Below are positions 10,002 through 19,723 of a stretch of DNA of 64,000 bases, in pieces (position 1 is the stretch's first letter; each line of letters begins with the position of its first letter). The stretch spans positions 5,247 to 69,246 of the forward strand of contig JASBRX010000032.1 of assembly GCA_030149245.1 (NCBI GenBank), read 5' to 3'. Below the pieces are notes generated by a model. The model did no database searches, was not told the DNA's origin, and saw only the letters and a program-made list of their open reading frames with translations. The DNA is from Sphingomonas bacterium. GTDB taxonomy: Bacteria > Pseudomonadota > Alphaproteobacteria > Sphingomonadales > Sphingomonadaceae. The translations under genes and the position numbers were made by a program.

Positions 10002-10978
10002 TTGCCGTCCTTGCGCGCCGGGATAAAGGCGTCGACCTGTTGCCCGACGCGGAACGCGCCATTGGTTTCGGGCAGCGCGTAGATCAGCTGAAGCACGCGC
10101 ACATCGACCCGCTCCTGCGCGCTGTTGGTCAGCGATCGCTTGGGCACGATCAGCGGCTCGGCGCGGACGAAGCGCGCTTCGACCTGCCGCCCCGCAGCGC
10201 CGCGCGGCGACACGATTGCGGCGGCACCCAACGCGACGCGTGGCGCCTGTTCCTCATCGATGTCGATGCGGACATGCAGCGGGTCGGTCGCGCCCATCTG
10301 AATAAAGGGCTGGCTGGTCCCGCCCATGGTCGAGACATATTCGCCGGGGCGGATGTTGACGGTCAGGATTTCCCCCGCGATCGGCGCGCGCACGGTCAGC
10401 CGCCCGATCTCGGTCCGCGCCGTGCCGGCCCGCGCCTGTGCTGCGGCGAGGCGGGCGCGGGCGAGCGCGACGCGCTGCGCGGCGGCGCTGGCCTCACCCT
10501 CGACCCGCACGATTTCCGCGCGCGCCACGGCGGCAGGGTCATCGACCGCGCGGTACAAGGCAAGCTGACGCTCCGCCGTCGCCCGCGCGCTCTGCGCCTC
10601 CGCAATCGCGGCGCGCGCTTCGCCGATTGCGGCCAGCGCCTCGGTCAGCTGGGCGCGGACCGCGCGGTCGTCGATCGTGAAGAGCGGCTGGCCCGGCACT
10701 ACGCGGACGCCGGGGCTGACTGCGACGTTCATCACCAGCCCGGACAGCGGCGCGCCGATGTCGATCGTCTCGCTCGACGGCTCGACCACCCCGGCCCCGG
10801 CCACGCGTTCGGCATTGGCGAGCGCAGGCGGGGCCTTGGCCGGTTCGCGCTGCGGCGCGCTGGGGCTGCGGTCGGGCAAACCGCCCCAGATGAACAGGGC
10901 CGCCAGCACCAGGCTCGCCACCGCGATCAGCGGCAGGATGGTCCGGGCAAAGCTCAGCTGTTTCCAGTCGGGCATCAA
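9998..10978 (-). CDS. Efflux periplasmic adaptor (HlyD/DevB-like)
   Basis: N-terminal TM, VRAPIAGEIL lipoyl half-motif, ERVDVRVLQ. Confidence 0.9.
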   Translation of the reverse strand: MMPDWKQLSFARTILPLIAVASLVLAALFIWGGLPDRSPSAPQREPAKAPPALANAERVAGAGVVEPSSETIDIGAPLSGLVMNVAVSPGVRVVPGQPLFTIDDRAVRAQLTEALAAIGEARAAIAEAQSARATAERQLALYRAVDDPAAVARAEIVRVEGEASAAAQRVALARARLAAAQARAGTARTEIGRLTVRAPIAGEILTVNIRPGEYVSTMGGTSQPFIQMGATDPLHVRIDIDEEQAPRVALGAAAIVSPRGAAGRQVEARFVRAEPLIVPKRSLTNSAQERVDVRVLQLIYALPETNGAFRVGQQVDAFIPARKDGK

Positions 10979-11694
10979 TGGTCCTCCGGCATCTGCGCGC
11001 CGTCATGGGTGATATGGCCATCCTCCAGCCGGAGGATGCGGTCGGCGAGGTCGAAAATACGGTTGTCGTGGGTGACGATGATGCACGCGCGATCGGGGGC
11101 AACCGCCACCTCGCGCAGCAAATCCATCACGCGTCGGCCGGAGCGCGCATCGAGCGCGGCGGTCGGCTCGTCGCACACCACCAGCCGGGGGCGGTGGACC
11201 AGCGCGCGGGCAATCGCCACGCGCTGCTGCTGCCCACCCGACAATTGGCTGGGCAACTTGTCCGCCTGATCGGCGATGTTGAGCGCCGCGAGCATCTCGA
11301 CCGCGCGCGCGCGCGCCTCCGCCCGTGGCACCCCTTGCGCGATTAGTGGGACGGCGGCGTTGCTCGCCGCGTCGATCGACGGGATCAGATTATATTGCTG
11401 GAAGATAAAGCCGATATTGCGCAGCCGGAATGCGACCAGCTCGGCATCTGACAATCGGTAGATGTCGGTGCCGAACACCTCGACCTCGCCCAGCGTCGGG
11501 TAGAGAATGCCGCACATGATCGAGATCAGCGTGGTCTTCCCCGACCCGCTCTCTCCGACCAGATAGGTCAGCTCGCCGGCGCGGATCTCGACATTGATGC
11601 CGTGCAGCACGGTGATCGCCTGGCTCCCCGCCATGAAGTCGCGGGTCACGCCGCGCGTGCGGATCGCGGGCTGAGTGGGGGCGGGGTCGCTCAT
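10975..11694 (-). CDS. ABC transporter ATP-binding protein (LolD/MacB/DevA-like)
   Basis: GESGSGKTT, LSGGQQQRVAIARAL, DEPTAALD. Confidence 0.95.
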   Translation of the reverse strand: MSDPAPTQPAIRTRGVTRDFMAGSQAITVLHGINVEIRAGELTYLVGESGSGKTTLISIMCGILYPTLGEVEVFGTDIYRLSDAELVAFRLRNIGFIFQQYNLIPSIDAASNAAVPLIAQGVPRAEARARAVEMLAALNIADQADKLPSQLSGGQQQRVAIARALVHRPRLVVCDEPTAALDARSGRRVMDLLREVAVAPDRACIIVTHDNRIFDLADRILRLEDGHITHDGAQMPEDH

Positions 11695-12827
11695 CGAAAC
11701 ACCGCCGCCGGTTCGGTCTTGAGCACGCGACGCAGCGCGATCCAGCCAGTCAGCGCGAGGATCAGCACGACTGCGGCAAGGCTGATCAACGGGATCTGCC
11801 AGGGGATGTAAAAGCCCTTGAAGGTCGGGACGGCGGAGAAGCTCCAGATGAACGCGATCGTCCCGAGCACGCCGAGGCCATATCCGATCAGGCCGACCAG
11901 AGCCGCCTGCGCCGCGACCATGCGGCGGATCGTGCCATTGGCGACGCCGATCGCCTTCAGCGCGCCGAACTGCTTGATATTGTCGCGGATGAACAGGCTG
12001 AAGGTCAGCCCCACGATGGCCACCCCGACGACGAAACCCAGCGCGACGGTGATCCCGAAGTTGAGCGGAATGCCGGTATTTTCGACGATGAAGTCGATGC
12101 CGTCCTGCGCAAACTGGTCGCGGGTGCGGGCGCGCAGGCCCGTCTCGGCCTCGATCCGCGCCACCAGCTGCTGATGATCCACGCCCGGCGCGGCCCCCAC
12201 CAGCACGAAGGACAGCCGGTTACGCGTCCCGGGAACGTAGCGCAGCGCCTGGCTGTATTTGGTGTAGAGCGTGACCTGGCTGGTAAAGCTCGGCACCGCG
12301 TCGGCGATGCCGCGGATCACCGCGCGCTGGTCATTCAGCTCCAGCCGCTCGCCGATCGGGCTGCGGCCATCCTCGAACATGTTGGTGGTGCCGACATCGT
12401 CGATGATCACCGTATCGGGGCGCGACAGCACATTGATGCTCCCCTCCGCCATCCGCCGCGGCAGGCCGATCAGCGTCGCGTCATCGACCCCGACGATCGC
12501 CACGCCCTCCAGATCGCCCTCCCCGGTGCGCACCGATGCGGTCGCGCGCAGGTGCGGCGCAGCCCATTCGACGCCGGGGACCGACCGCACCTTGTCGAGC
12601 GCCGTGCTCGGCATCGGATAGGCCACGTCGGTGGTGCGGCTGACCCGGTCCATCACCCAGATGTTGGCCGACGGCACGTTGAACACTGCGCTCGCGCCGC
12701 GCTCGAGCAGATTGACGAAAATGGTGAGCTGTTGGGTGATGAGCAGCGTCGAAAAAGCGATGCCGAACACCAACCCATAGAATTTCTGGCCGTCGCCGGT
12801 GAGCATGCGGATGGCAATCCAGATCAT
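11691..12827 (-). CDS. ABC transporter permease (FtsX/MacB/DevC-like)
   Basis: One TM, periplasmic domain, three TMs; FGALKAIG; EPAAVFR. Start taken at MIWIAIRML. Confidence 0.9.
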   Translation of the reverse strand: MIWIAIRMLTGDGQKFYGLVFGIAFSTLLITQQLTIFVNLLERGASAVFNVPSANIWVMDRVSRTTDVAYPMPSTALDKVRSVPGVEWAAPHLRATASVRTGEGDLEGVAIVGVDDATLIGLPRRMAEGSINVLSRPDTVIIDDVGTTNMFEDGRSPIGERLELNDQRAVIRGIADAVPSFTSQVTLYTKYSQALRYVPGTRNRLSFVLVGAAPGVDHQQLVARIEAETGLRARTRDQFAQDGIDFIVENTGIPLNFGITVALGFVVGVAIVGLTFSLFIRDNIKQFGALKAIGVANGTIRRMVAAQAALVGLIGYGLGVLGTIAFIWSFSAVPTFKGFYIPWQIPLISLAAVVLILALTGWIALRRVLKTEPAAVFR

Positions 12828-12872
12828 GCGACACTGCCCCCTGCTTGCGCCACGGCATCGACTCAGGCTATG

Positions 12873-12907
12873 TTGAACGCTGTCGTTCAAATGAACGGGA
12901 CCGTTCA
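12873..12907. promoter_or_regulatory. Tandem TetR-type operators
   Basis: TTGAACG-CTGT-CGTTCAA (12873-12890) and TGAACG-GGAC-CGTTCA (12892-12907) between the divergent genes. Confidence 0.75.
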
Positions 12908-12909
12908 CT

Positions 12910-13545
12910 CTGTCAAGCGAATCCCTTACGCGTGCGCAACGCTCAATCGACCCGGTAAAACGCCGGGCGATTCTCGACGCCGCCAGCCGATCTTTTTTCG
13001 ACCATGGCTTTGCCGCAACCGCGATCGAACAGGTGGCGGCCGACGCGCATGTTTCCAAGGTCACGATCTATAATCAGTTCGGCGACAAGCGCGGGCTGTT
13101 CGCTGCGGCGATCGAACGCGAATGTGCGCGCATGGGCGAGCATTTCGCAATTCCCCCGATGCCGGAGCTACCGCTGCGGGCCCGGTTGGAGGCGATCGGA
13201 ACGGCGATGACGGCCTTTATGTCGCGGCCGGAAATGATCCAGTTCGACCGCCGGATCGCGGCGGAGACCGAAGCCGATCCAGCGATCGGCGCCGCCTTTC
13301 TCGAAGCGGGGCCGCGCCAGATACTGCGCGCGTTCACCGCCATGCTCCGGTCGCTCAACGTAGCCGGGGAGATCGCTGTGACGGATCCGGAACTGGCGGC
13401 GGAACAGTTCGTCGCGATGTGCAAGGGACTCGGCGATCTCGAACGCCGCTTCGGCTGCGCGAACGATCCTGCGCAGAACGCCCGACGCATTTCCGCCGCA
13501 GTCGATACATTTTGCCGGGCGTTTGCCGTCTCCAGCGCCGACTGA
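12910..13545 (+). CDS. TetR/AcrR family regulator (start uncertain)
   Basis: KRRAILDAASRSFFDHGFAATAIEQVAADAHVSKVTIYNQF HTH. Only a CTG start is available upstream of helix 1. Confidence 0.85.
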   Translation: MSSESLTRAQRSIDPVKRRAILDAASRSFFDHGFAATAIEQVAADAHVSKVTIYNQFGDKRGLFAAAIERECARMGEHFAIPPMPELPLRARLEAIGTAMTAFMSRPEMIQFDRRIAAETEADPAIGAAFLEAGPRQILRAFTAMLRSLNVAGEIAVTDPELAAEQFVAMCKGLGDLERRFGCANDPAQNARRISAAVDTFCRAFAVSSAD

Positions 13546-13579
13546 ACCGGCGGACGTCAGCGCGCTTGCCCGTCGCGCG

Positions 13580-14176
13580 TTACCGTCGAACAAGCAGCGG
13601 ATAGGGGTCGACCGGCGTCCCCTGATGCCAGCGCTCGTTGGGGGCCATCCGCGACACCCCGAAATGCAGGTGGTAATTGCCCGTCCCGGCATTGCCGGTG
13701 TCGCCGACATAGCCGAGGACGTCGCCGGCCCGGAGGCTCCTGCCCTCCGCAACTCCCGGAGCATAGCCGGCAAGATGGGCATAATAGTAGATCCACCCGC
13801 CGTCCGCCGAGCGCTGATAAAGGGTGATCCCACCGCCGCCGTTGGAATAGAACAGCTTTTCCACCCGCCCATCCGCCGCCGCAATCACCGGCGTGTTGGC
13901 GGGAGCCATGATGTCGAGCCCCTGATGCGCCCGCGTGCCGCCACCACGCGCCTCCCCCCAATTGCTGCGCAGCCTATCCGCACGCACGCCCTGAACGGGG
14001 ACGATCAGGCCCGGCACATCCACCAACCCGACCTGAGGTGGGGGCTGCACGGGAAGCGACGCGGGCTGAGCGTCGGCGGCGCCCGGCTCGACGACGCGGA
14101 TCGTCGCGGCGAGGAAGGCGATCAGCGCAGCCGCGCAACCGCCCACCACCCACAAGACGATCCGCAACCGGCTCAT
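13580..14176 (-). CDS. M23 family metallopeptidase
   Basis: HQGLD (HxxxD), YYAHL, YHLHF (HxH); N-terminal TM. Confidence 0.92.
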   Translation of the reverse strand: MSRLRIVLWVVGGCAAALIAFLAATIRVVEPGAADAQPASLPVQPPPQVGLVDVPGLIVPVQGVRADRLRSNWGEARGGGTRAHQGLDIMAPANTPVIAAADGRVEKLFYSNGGGGITLYQRSADGGWIYYYAHLAGYAPGVAEGRSLRAGDVLGYVGDTGNAGTGNYHLHFGVSRMAPNERWHQGTPVDPYPLLVRR

Positions 14177-15207
14177 TCCTGAAAGATCACCGGCGTTCCC
14201 GGCGACACCATCAGCGCCAGCCGCGCCGCGTCCCAATTGGTCAGGCGGATACAGCCATGGCTCTCACTCCGCCCGATCAGATGCGGCTCGGGCGTGCCAT
14301 GGATGCCGTAATGCTCTTTGCTGAGGTCGATCCACACCACCCCGACGGGACTGTTCGGACCGGGCGGGAGCAACGCGTCGGGCTTCTTATCGCTGACGTC
14401 CCAGAACAGCTTGGGATTATAGTGAAACTCGGGGTTGGTCGCGACGCCGTTGATCTTCCAGCTGCCGATCGGCAGCGGATCGCGCTTGCTCCCGGTGGTT
14501 ACGTTGAACTGAGCGGCGAGCAGCCCCTTGGCGTCGAATACGCGCAGCACGCTGTCCGACTTGTCGACCACGACGCGCGCCGCCTTGGGCTGCACCGCGT
14601 TGACGTTGAGGTCGGTCAGCGTGCGCCGCCACTCGGGCTTGATATCGGCGGGATAATCGCGCGACGCGGGAATCGCGTTCGGCACCTCGACCGGCACACC
14701 CACCGCCAGCCGCGTGTCGGCGCTGTTGAGTTCGATCAGTACCTGCGGCGTCGTGTGGAACATCTCCGCCAGTTTTTCGAGCGCGCTGCGATAGCCCATC
14801 GTCTTGAGCTTCGCCTGCGCCTGCGCATCGCGTGGCCACGGGCGGACGTACGGTCCGGCGAGCATCTCGGGGGTGAGACGCACGATCCGCGTCGGGCGGA
14901 TCGCGCGATGCGGGTGCAGCGCCTGCAACGTCCGTGCGTCGGTCTTACCGGTGACCGGGATCTGGCGCGTGATCTGAAATGCCTTGAGCGCCGCGGTCAG
15001 CCCCTGCCCCTCACGCCCGTCGAGGGGACCGGGCGGAAAGCCAAGCTGGTCGAGGATCGCCTGAACATGCAGGATGTCGCGGCTTAGCGCTGGCTTGGCC
15101 GGCGCCGCTTTCTGCGTGGCCCCGTTCTGCGCCTGCACCGCCACCGCGCCACCCGACGCAATCGCAACCGCCGCGATCAATCCTGCAACACCCTTACGCA
15201 CACGCAC
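14173..15207 (-). CDS. L,D-transpeptidase (YkuD) with peptidoglycan-binding domain
   Basis: YGIHGT...SHGCIRL; QAILDQLGFPPGPLDG PG-binding motif; signal peptide. Confidence 0.92.
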   Translation of the reverse strand: MRVRKGVAGLIAAVAIASGGAVAVQAQNGATQKAAPAKPALSRDILHVQAILDQLGFPPGPLDGREGQGLTAALKAFQITRQIPVTGKTDARTLQALHPHRAIRPTRIVRLTPEMLAGPYVRPWPRDAQAQAKLKTMGYRSALEKLAEMFHTTPQVLIELNSADTRLAVGVPVEVPNAIPASRDYPADIKPEWRRTLTDLNVNAVQPKAARVVVDKSDSVLRVFDAKGLLAAQFNVTTGSKRDPLPIGSWKINGVATNPEFHYNPKLFWDVSDKKPDALLPPGPNSPVGVVWIDLSKEHYGIHGTPEPHLIGRSESHGCIRLTNWDAARLALMVSPGTPVIFQE

Positions 15208-15230
15208 TCTCCGTCTCGTTACAGCGGGAT

Positions 15231-15255
15231 AACGAGGCAGCATCGGCGCGGTTGC
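15231..15255 (-). promoter_or_regulatory. EcfG (general stress sigma)-like promoter
   Basis: Minus strand GCAAC-N16-CGTT versus consensus GGAAC-N16/17-CGTT. Confidence 0.55.
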
Positions 15256-15256
15256 A

Positions 15257-15664
15257 TCAATAGCGGTTGCGCAACCGATCGACGGTCGCGGCGGGATGCG
15301 CCTCCGCATCCTCGCGCACCTCGACCTCGATCCGGGCGCGGATCGCCTCGATCTCGGTATCGCTGCGATGTTCGATGCCGATAAACTCGTTGCGCGCCCC
15401 CTCGACCGCCCGGATCAGCTCGTCAAGCTTGGCCTGCAGCGCCGCTGCATCGCGGTTCTGCGAATTCTGGATCAGGAATACCATCAGGAAGGTGACGATG
15501 GTGGTCGATGTATTCACGATCAGCTGCCATGTGTCCGAATAGCCGAACACCGGGCCGGTCAGAGCCCATGCGACGATCAGCAGCACCGCGACGATGAACG
15601 TCACCGGCTGCCCCGCCAGCGCGGCGATGCGACCGGCAACGATCGTGAACACCCGGTCGAGCAT
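15257..15664 (-). CDS. Low-affinity iron permease (Fet4-like) family protein
   Basis: SDTWQLIVNTSTTIVTFLMVFLIQNSQNRD...KLDELI. Confidence 0.9.
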   Translation of the reverse strand: MLDRVFTIVAGRIAALAGQPVTFIVAVLLIVAWALTGPVFGYSDTWQLIVNTSTTIVTFLMVFLIQNSQNRDAAALQAKLDELIRAVEGARNEFIGIEHRSDTEIEAIRARIEVEVREDAEAHPAATVDRLRNRY

Positions 15665-15681
15665 CTGCCTGTCCCCTTCGA

Positions 15682-16371
15682 TCAGCGCGCCGCGTTCAGC
15701 ACGGCGTCGAATGCGCGCACCGCCGCCGCCTCGTCCCCGTTCCACACCGCGCCCGATACCGCGATAAAGTCCGCCCCCGCGCTCACCAGCGGCGCGGCAG
15801 TGTCGGGCGTGATCCCGCCGATCGCGACGCAGGGAAGCTCGAACACCGTCGTCCACCAGGACAGGATCGCCAGATCGGGGCGATGCGTGGTCGGCTTGGT
15901 CGTGGTCGGGTAAAAGGCGCCGAACGCGACGTAATCGGCGCCAGCCTCACCGGCCTCCATCGCCAGATGGCGGCTGTCATGACACGTCACGCCGATCTGC
16001 GCTGCCGGGCCAAGCACGCTACGCGCCTCACGCGGGTCGCCATCGCCCTGCCCCAGATGCACGCCGTCCGCCCCGAGACGCTTGGCCAGGCTGACGCTGT
16101 CATTGACGATGAACGCGACCTCGCGGTCGGCACAGATGCGCAGCAACGGGTCCGCCAGCCGCGCCGCTGCGTGCTGGTCGACATCCTTGACGCGGAACTG
16201 GAACGCCGCGACCGGGCCGGCGTCGAGTGCGCGTGCCAGCCGGTCGGGGAAGTCGCCATCCACGTCGAGCGGTGAGATCAGGTAGAGCTGGCAGGGCGGC
16301 CGTTTGTCGTCGCGCTTGAACTGGGCGGCGAATTCGGGGCCAAGCGGCGGGAGGTCGTCATCATCGATCAT
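15682..16371 (-). CDS. thiE: Thiamine-phosphate synthase
   Basis: FQFRVK, IVND, DGVHLGQGD, VAIGGIT. Confidence 0.92.
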   Translation of the reverse strand: MIDDDDLPPLGPEFAAQFKRDDKRPPCQLYLISPLDVDGDFPDRLARALDAGPVAAFQFRVKDVDQHAAARLADPLLRICADREVAFIVNDSVSLAKRLGADGVHLGQGDGDPREARSVLGPAAQIGVTCHDSRHLAMEAGEAGADYVAFGAFYPTTTKPTTHRPDLAILSWWTTVFELPCVAIGGITPDTAAPLVSAGADFIAVSGAVWNGDEAAAVRAFDAVLNAAR

Positions 16372-16411
16372 GTCGCGCTGATAGGCCGCGATGCGCCGGA
16401 CGGGAAGCCCG

Positions 16412-17452
16412 TCAGCGCGTCCCCGCCATCACCTCTGCCTGGCGCGTGTTGACGGCATCCAGCTCAACCCGCGTCGCGCGCAATGCCTGCATCACCATGT
16501 TGAGGTGATCGAGCGTGAGCGGCGCCTGGCTGGCGCGCCTGGCGGCGGTGCGAAGTGCAGCGCTGTATCGCCCCGCAATCGCGAAACTGTCGCGATACAT
16601 GCCCATCGCAGAGTGCGACTTGGTCAAGATTGCCTTGGCGCTGCGCCCTTCGGCGTCGGCCCGGGTCTCCAGCGTCAGCGCCATCAACTTGGCCTGGCCG
16701 GTCTCGACCGAGGCGTTCCCGGTGGCGATCACCTTGTCCATATCATCGGCAATGCGCAGCATGTCGGCGGCAAACACCGGATCGCGCCGACGTAGCGATA
16801 CATGCTCGGTCGCAGTCATCAGGCGCGATGCCGAGCGGAAAAAGAGCTGTTCGAACTTCATCGCTTCGCGACCGGGATCGTCCGCCTCCAGCGTGGCCAT
16901 CCATACGCCAGCCAAGGTTTCCTGCGCCCGGAACAGCGTCTTGGCCGACCCGACCATCTGCGTCATCGCAGTCTCTGCCGCCTTCATATCCTTGCGGGCC
17001 AGCGCCCTGAGCACCGGGGGAAAGGAATCGAGCACCGCGTCGAGCTGATCCAGCGTCCGCGCCATTTCCGCTTTCACTGCCGCCGTCTGAATCTCTGGCG
17101 CCAATTCAAGCGTCGGGAAGTCGGGACTGGGCAGTACGGCCAGCTTTTGGCGGGCTTCGGCGATGGCGCGCTTGGCTTTGGTGAGCACCGGCAGGAAGCG
17201 CGCTTCGGCGGCGACGAAATTGCCCCCCCGGGTCGCAGCCTGCCATTCGGGGCTCAGGGTGCGGGCTTCGTTCATCGCCGGGGTCACGGCGCGGTCGAGT
17301 GCCAGCACCCATTCGCCATAAGCGACGAATTCGCGGTGCGCGGTTTCGGCCTCCCCGGCCACGGCCACCTTGGCATCGCCGCGGTCGGCGGCAACTGCAG
17401 CGCCGATCGGCATCGAGACGAGGCACAGCCCCGCCGCCCATAGCTTCAACAC
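16412..17452 (-). CDS. Hypothetical secreted all-helical protein
   Basis: Long ORF with signal-peptide-like start LKLWAAGLCLVSMPIGAAVAA; no recognised motif. Confidence 0.7.
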   Translation of the reverse strand: MLKLWAAGLCLVSMPIGAAVAADRGDAKVAVAGEAETAHREFVAYGEWVLALDRAVTPAMNEARTLSPEWQAATRGGNFVAAEARFLPVLTKAKRAIAEARQKLAVLPSPDFPTLELAPEIQTAAVKAEMARTLDQLDAVLDSFPPVLRALARKDMKAAETAMTQMVGSAKTLFRAQETLAGVWMATLEADDPGREAMKFEQLFFRSASRLMTATEHVSLRRRDPVFAADMLRIADDMDKVIATGNASVETGQAKLMALTLETRADAEGRSAKAILTKSHSAMGMYRDSFAIAGRYSAALRTAARRASQAPLTLDHLNMVMQALRATRVELDAVNTRQAEVMAGTR

Positions 17453-17459
17453 GTTCAAA

Positions 17460-17489
17460 TTGCCCCCGAATCGCAAGTTTCGGGGGCAG
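17460..17489 (-). terminator. Hairpin downstream of the aldolase gene
   Basis: TGCCCCCGAA-N8-TTCGGGGGCA stem; weak U tract. Confidence 0.5.
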
Positions 17490-17525
17490 AGTGTTGCCTT
17501 GGCCGCCAAAGGTCGAGCGGAAACG

Positions 17526-18440
17526 TCAGGCGGTGGCCATCGCCTTGGTCGTTGACGCCGCGTGAATTTCGTCGATTGCCTCGCCGAGCGCGGCATCGAA
17601 TTCGGCATCGGTCATGCCATGGCGCAGATCTTCGAGCAGTGCGCGGCTGAAGCTGGCGATCATGCCGCGGTTCTTGGCGAGTTCGGCGCAGGCTTCGGGG
17701 CGCTTGAATCCGCCGGACAGAGCGACGACGCGTAGCACCTTGGGATGGTCGACCAGCGGATCGAACAGGCCGGGGGTCGCAGGGATCGACAGCTTGAGCA
17801 TGACCTGCTGGCCCGCGGGCAGGGTGTCGAGCGCCTTCAGGATCTCGTCGCGCAGGATCGCATCGGCCTCGGCCCGTTCGGGCGACTTGATGTTCACCTC
17901 CGGCTCGATGATCGGCATCAGGCCGTGGCTGAGCACTTGGGCGCCGATTTCGAATTGCTGCTTCACCACCGCCGCGATGCCCTCGGCATTGGCGAGGTTG
18001 ACCACCGAGCGCTCCTTGGTCCCGAACACGCCAAGGCCTTTGGCCTTGATCAGCAGCGCGTCGAGATCGGGCATCGGCTTCATCAGCTGAACGCCGTTTT
18101 CTTCGGCCTCAAGCCCCTTGTCGATCTTGATGAAGGGCACGACGCCGCGCTTGATCAGCGCTGCCGGGGTTGGCTTGCCATCGACCTGTCCGTCCATCGT
18201 GCGTTCGAACAGGATCGCGCCGATCACCTTGTCACCCGAAAAGGCGGGCGAAGTGATGATGCGGCTGCGCATCGCGTGGATCAGGCCGAACATCTCCTCG
18301 TCGGTCGACCAGGCGTCGTCCGACACGCCATAGCCCGCCAGCGCCTTGGGCGTCGAACCGCCCGACTGGTCAAGCGCGGCGATGAAGCCGTTACCTTCGG
18401 CGATCTTGGCGGTCATCTCGGCGGTGTTCATCGCTGGCAT
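17526..18440 (-). CDS. Fructose-bisphosphate aldolase class I
   Basis: GFIAALDQSGGSTPKAL, FGTKERS, VVALSGG, IASFSRAL. Confidence 0.93.
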   Translation of the reverse strand: MPAMNTAEMTAKIAEGNGFIAALDQSGGSTPKALAGYGVSDDAWSTDEEMFGLIHAMRSRIITSPAFSGDKVIGAILFERTMDGQVDGKPTPAALIKRGVVPFIKIDKGLEAEENGVQLMKPMPDLDALLIKAKGLGVFGTKERSVVNLANAEGIAAVVKQQFEIGAQVLSHGLMPIIEPEVNIKSPERAEADAILRDEILKALDTLPAGQQVMLKLSIPATPGLFDPLVDHPKVLRVVALSGGFKRPEACAELAKNRGMIASFSRALLEDLRHGMTDAEFDAALGEAIDEIHAASTTKAMATA

Positions 18441-18532
18441 CCCTGTTCCGACACTTTGTTGCGCGGCCTATTGCAGCGCGGCAAGCGGCTGAAAAGCCTG
18501 ACAACGATAGCCAACCGGCCAAAAAAGCGCCG

Positions 18533-19723
18533 TCAGCGCGTCAGCGCCGCCACGCCGGGCAGTTCCTTGCCCTCCATCCACTCCAGGAATGCGCCGCCGG
18601 CGGTGGATACGAAGGTCATGTCGCCGGCGACCCCGGCCTGGTTGAGCGCAGCGACGGTGTCCCCGCCCCCGGCGACCGAGACGAGCGAGCCTTCCTTGGT
18701 CAGCGCCGCGACGGTGTGGGCGAGCGCCATGGTGGCGGTGTCGAACGGCTTGGTCTCGAACGCGCCGAGCGGGCCGTTCCAGACGAGCGTGCGGCAATTC
18801 TTGAGCACGTCCGCCAGCGCTTCGCTCGCCGCCGGACCGATGTCGAGGATCATTTCGTCGGCGGCGACCTCATGGACGTTGCAGGTGCGCAGCGACGGCG
18901 GGTTCGCGGCGAATTCCTTCGACACCACGACGTCATAGGGCAGATGGATCGTGCAATTCGCCTTGTCCGCTGCGTCGAAGATTTCCTCGGCGGTGCCGGT
19001 CAGCTCATGCTCGCACAGCGATTTGCCCACATTGACGCCGCGCGCGGCGAGGAACGTGTTGGCCATGCCGCCGCCGATGATCAGGTGGTCGACCTTGCCG
19101 ACCATGGCCTTGAGCACATCGAGCTTGGTCGAGACCTTGGCGCCGCCGACGACTGCGGCGACCGGGTGGTCGGGATTGCCCAAAGCCTTGTCGAGCGCGT
19201 CGAGTTCGGCCTCCATCTGGCGACCGGCGAAGGCGGGCAGACGGTGCGCCAGTCCCTCGGTCGACGCATGGGCGCGGTGCGCGGCCGAGAAGGCGTCGTT
19301 GACGTAGAGGTCGCCGAGCGCGGCGAAGCGGTCAACCGTCGCCGGATCGTTCTTTTCCTCACCACCGAAGAAGCGGGTGTTTTCGAGCAAAGCGATGTCG
19401 CCGGGCTGGAGCGTCGCGGTGGATTCGGCGTCGCCCTCCCAGTCGATGTACCGCACCTCGCGGCCCAGAACCTGGCTGAACGGGCGGGCGAGCTGCGCGG
19501 TCGAGAGTTCGGGGCTCGGCACTTTCGGGCGGCCGAAATGGGCGAGGATCAGGACGATCGCGCCCCGGTCGGCGAGTTCGGCGACGGTCTGCACGGCGGC
19601 GCGGAAGCGATTGTCGTCGGTGACCGCGCCGTCGGCCATCGGCACGTTGAGATCCTCACGCACAAGCACGCGCTTGCCGGCGATGTCGCCCATATCGTCG
19701 AGGGTCTTGAAAGCACGCGTCAT
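18533..19723 (-). CDS. pgk: Phosphoglycerate kinase
   Basis: VREDLNVP, VNDAFSAAHRAHAS, GGAKVSTK, STAGGAFLEW. Confidence 0.98.
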   Translation of the reverse strand: MTRAFKTLDDMGDIAGKRVLVREDLNVPMADGAVTDDNRFRAAVQTVAELADRGAIVLILAHFGRPKVPSPELSTAQLARPFSQVLGREVRYIDWEGDAESTATLQPGDIALLENTRFFGGEEKNDPATVDRFAALGDLYVNDAFSAAHRAHASTEGLAHRLPAFAGRQMEAELDALDKALGNPDHPVAAVVGGAKVSTKLDVLKAMVGKVDHLIIGGGMANTFLAARGVNVGKSLCEHELTGTAEEIFDAADKANCTIHLPYDVVVSKEFAANPPSLRTCNVHEVAADEMILDIGPAASEALADVLKNCRTLVWNGPLGAFETKPFDTATMALAHTVAALTKEGSLVSVAGGGDTVAALNQAGVAGDMTFVSTAGGAFLEWMEGKELPGVAALTR

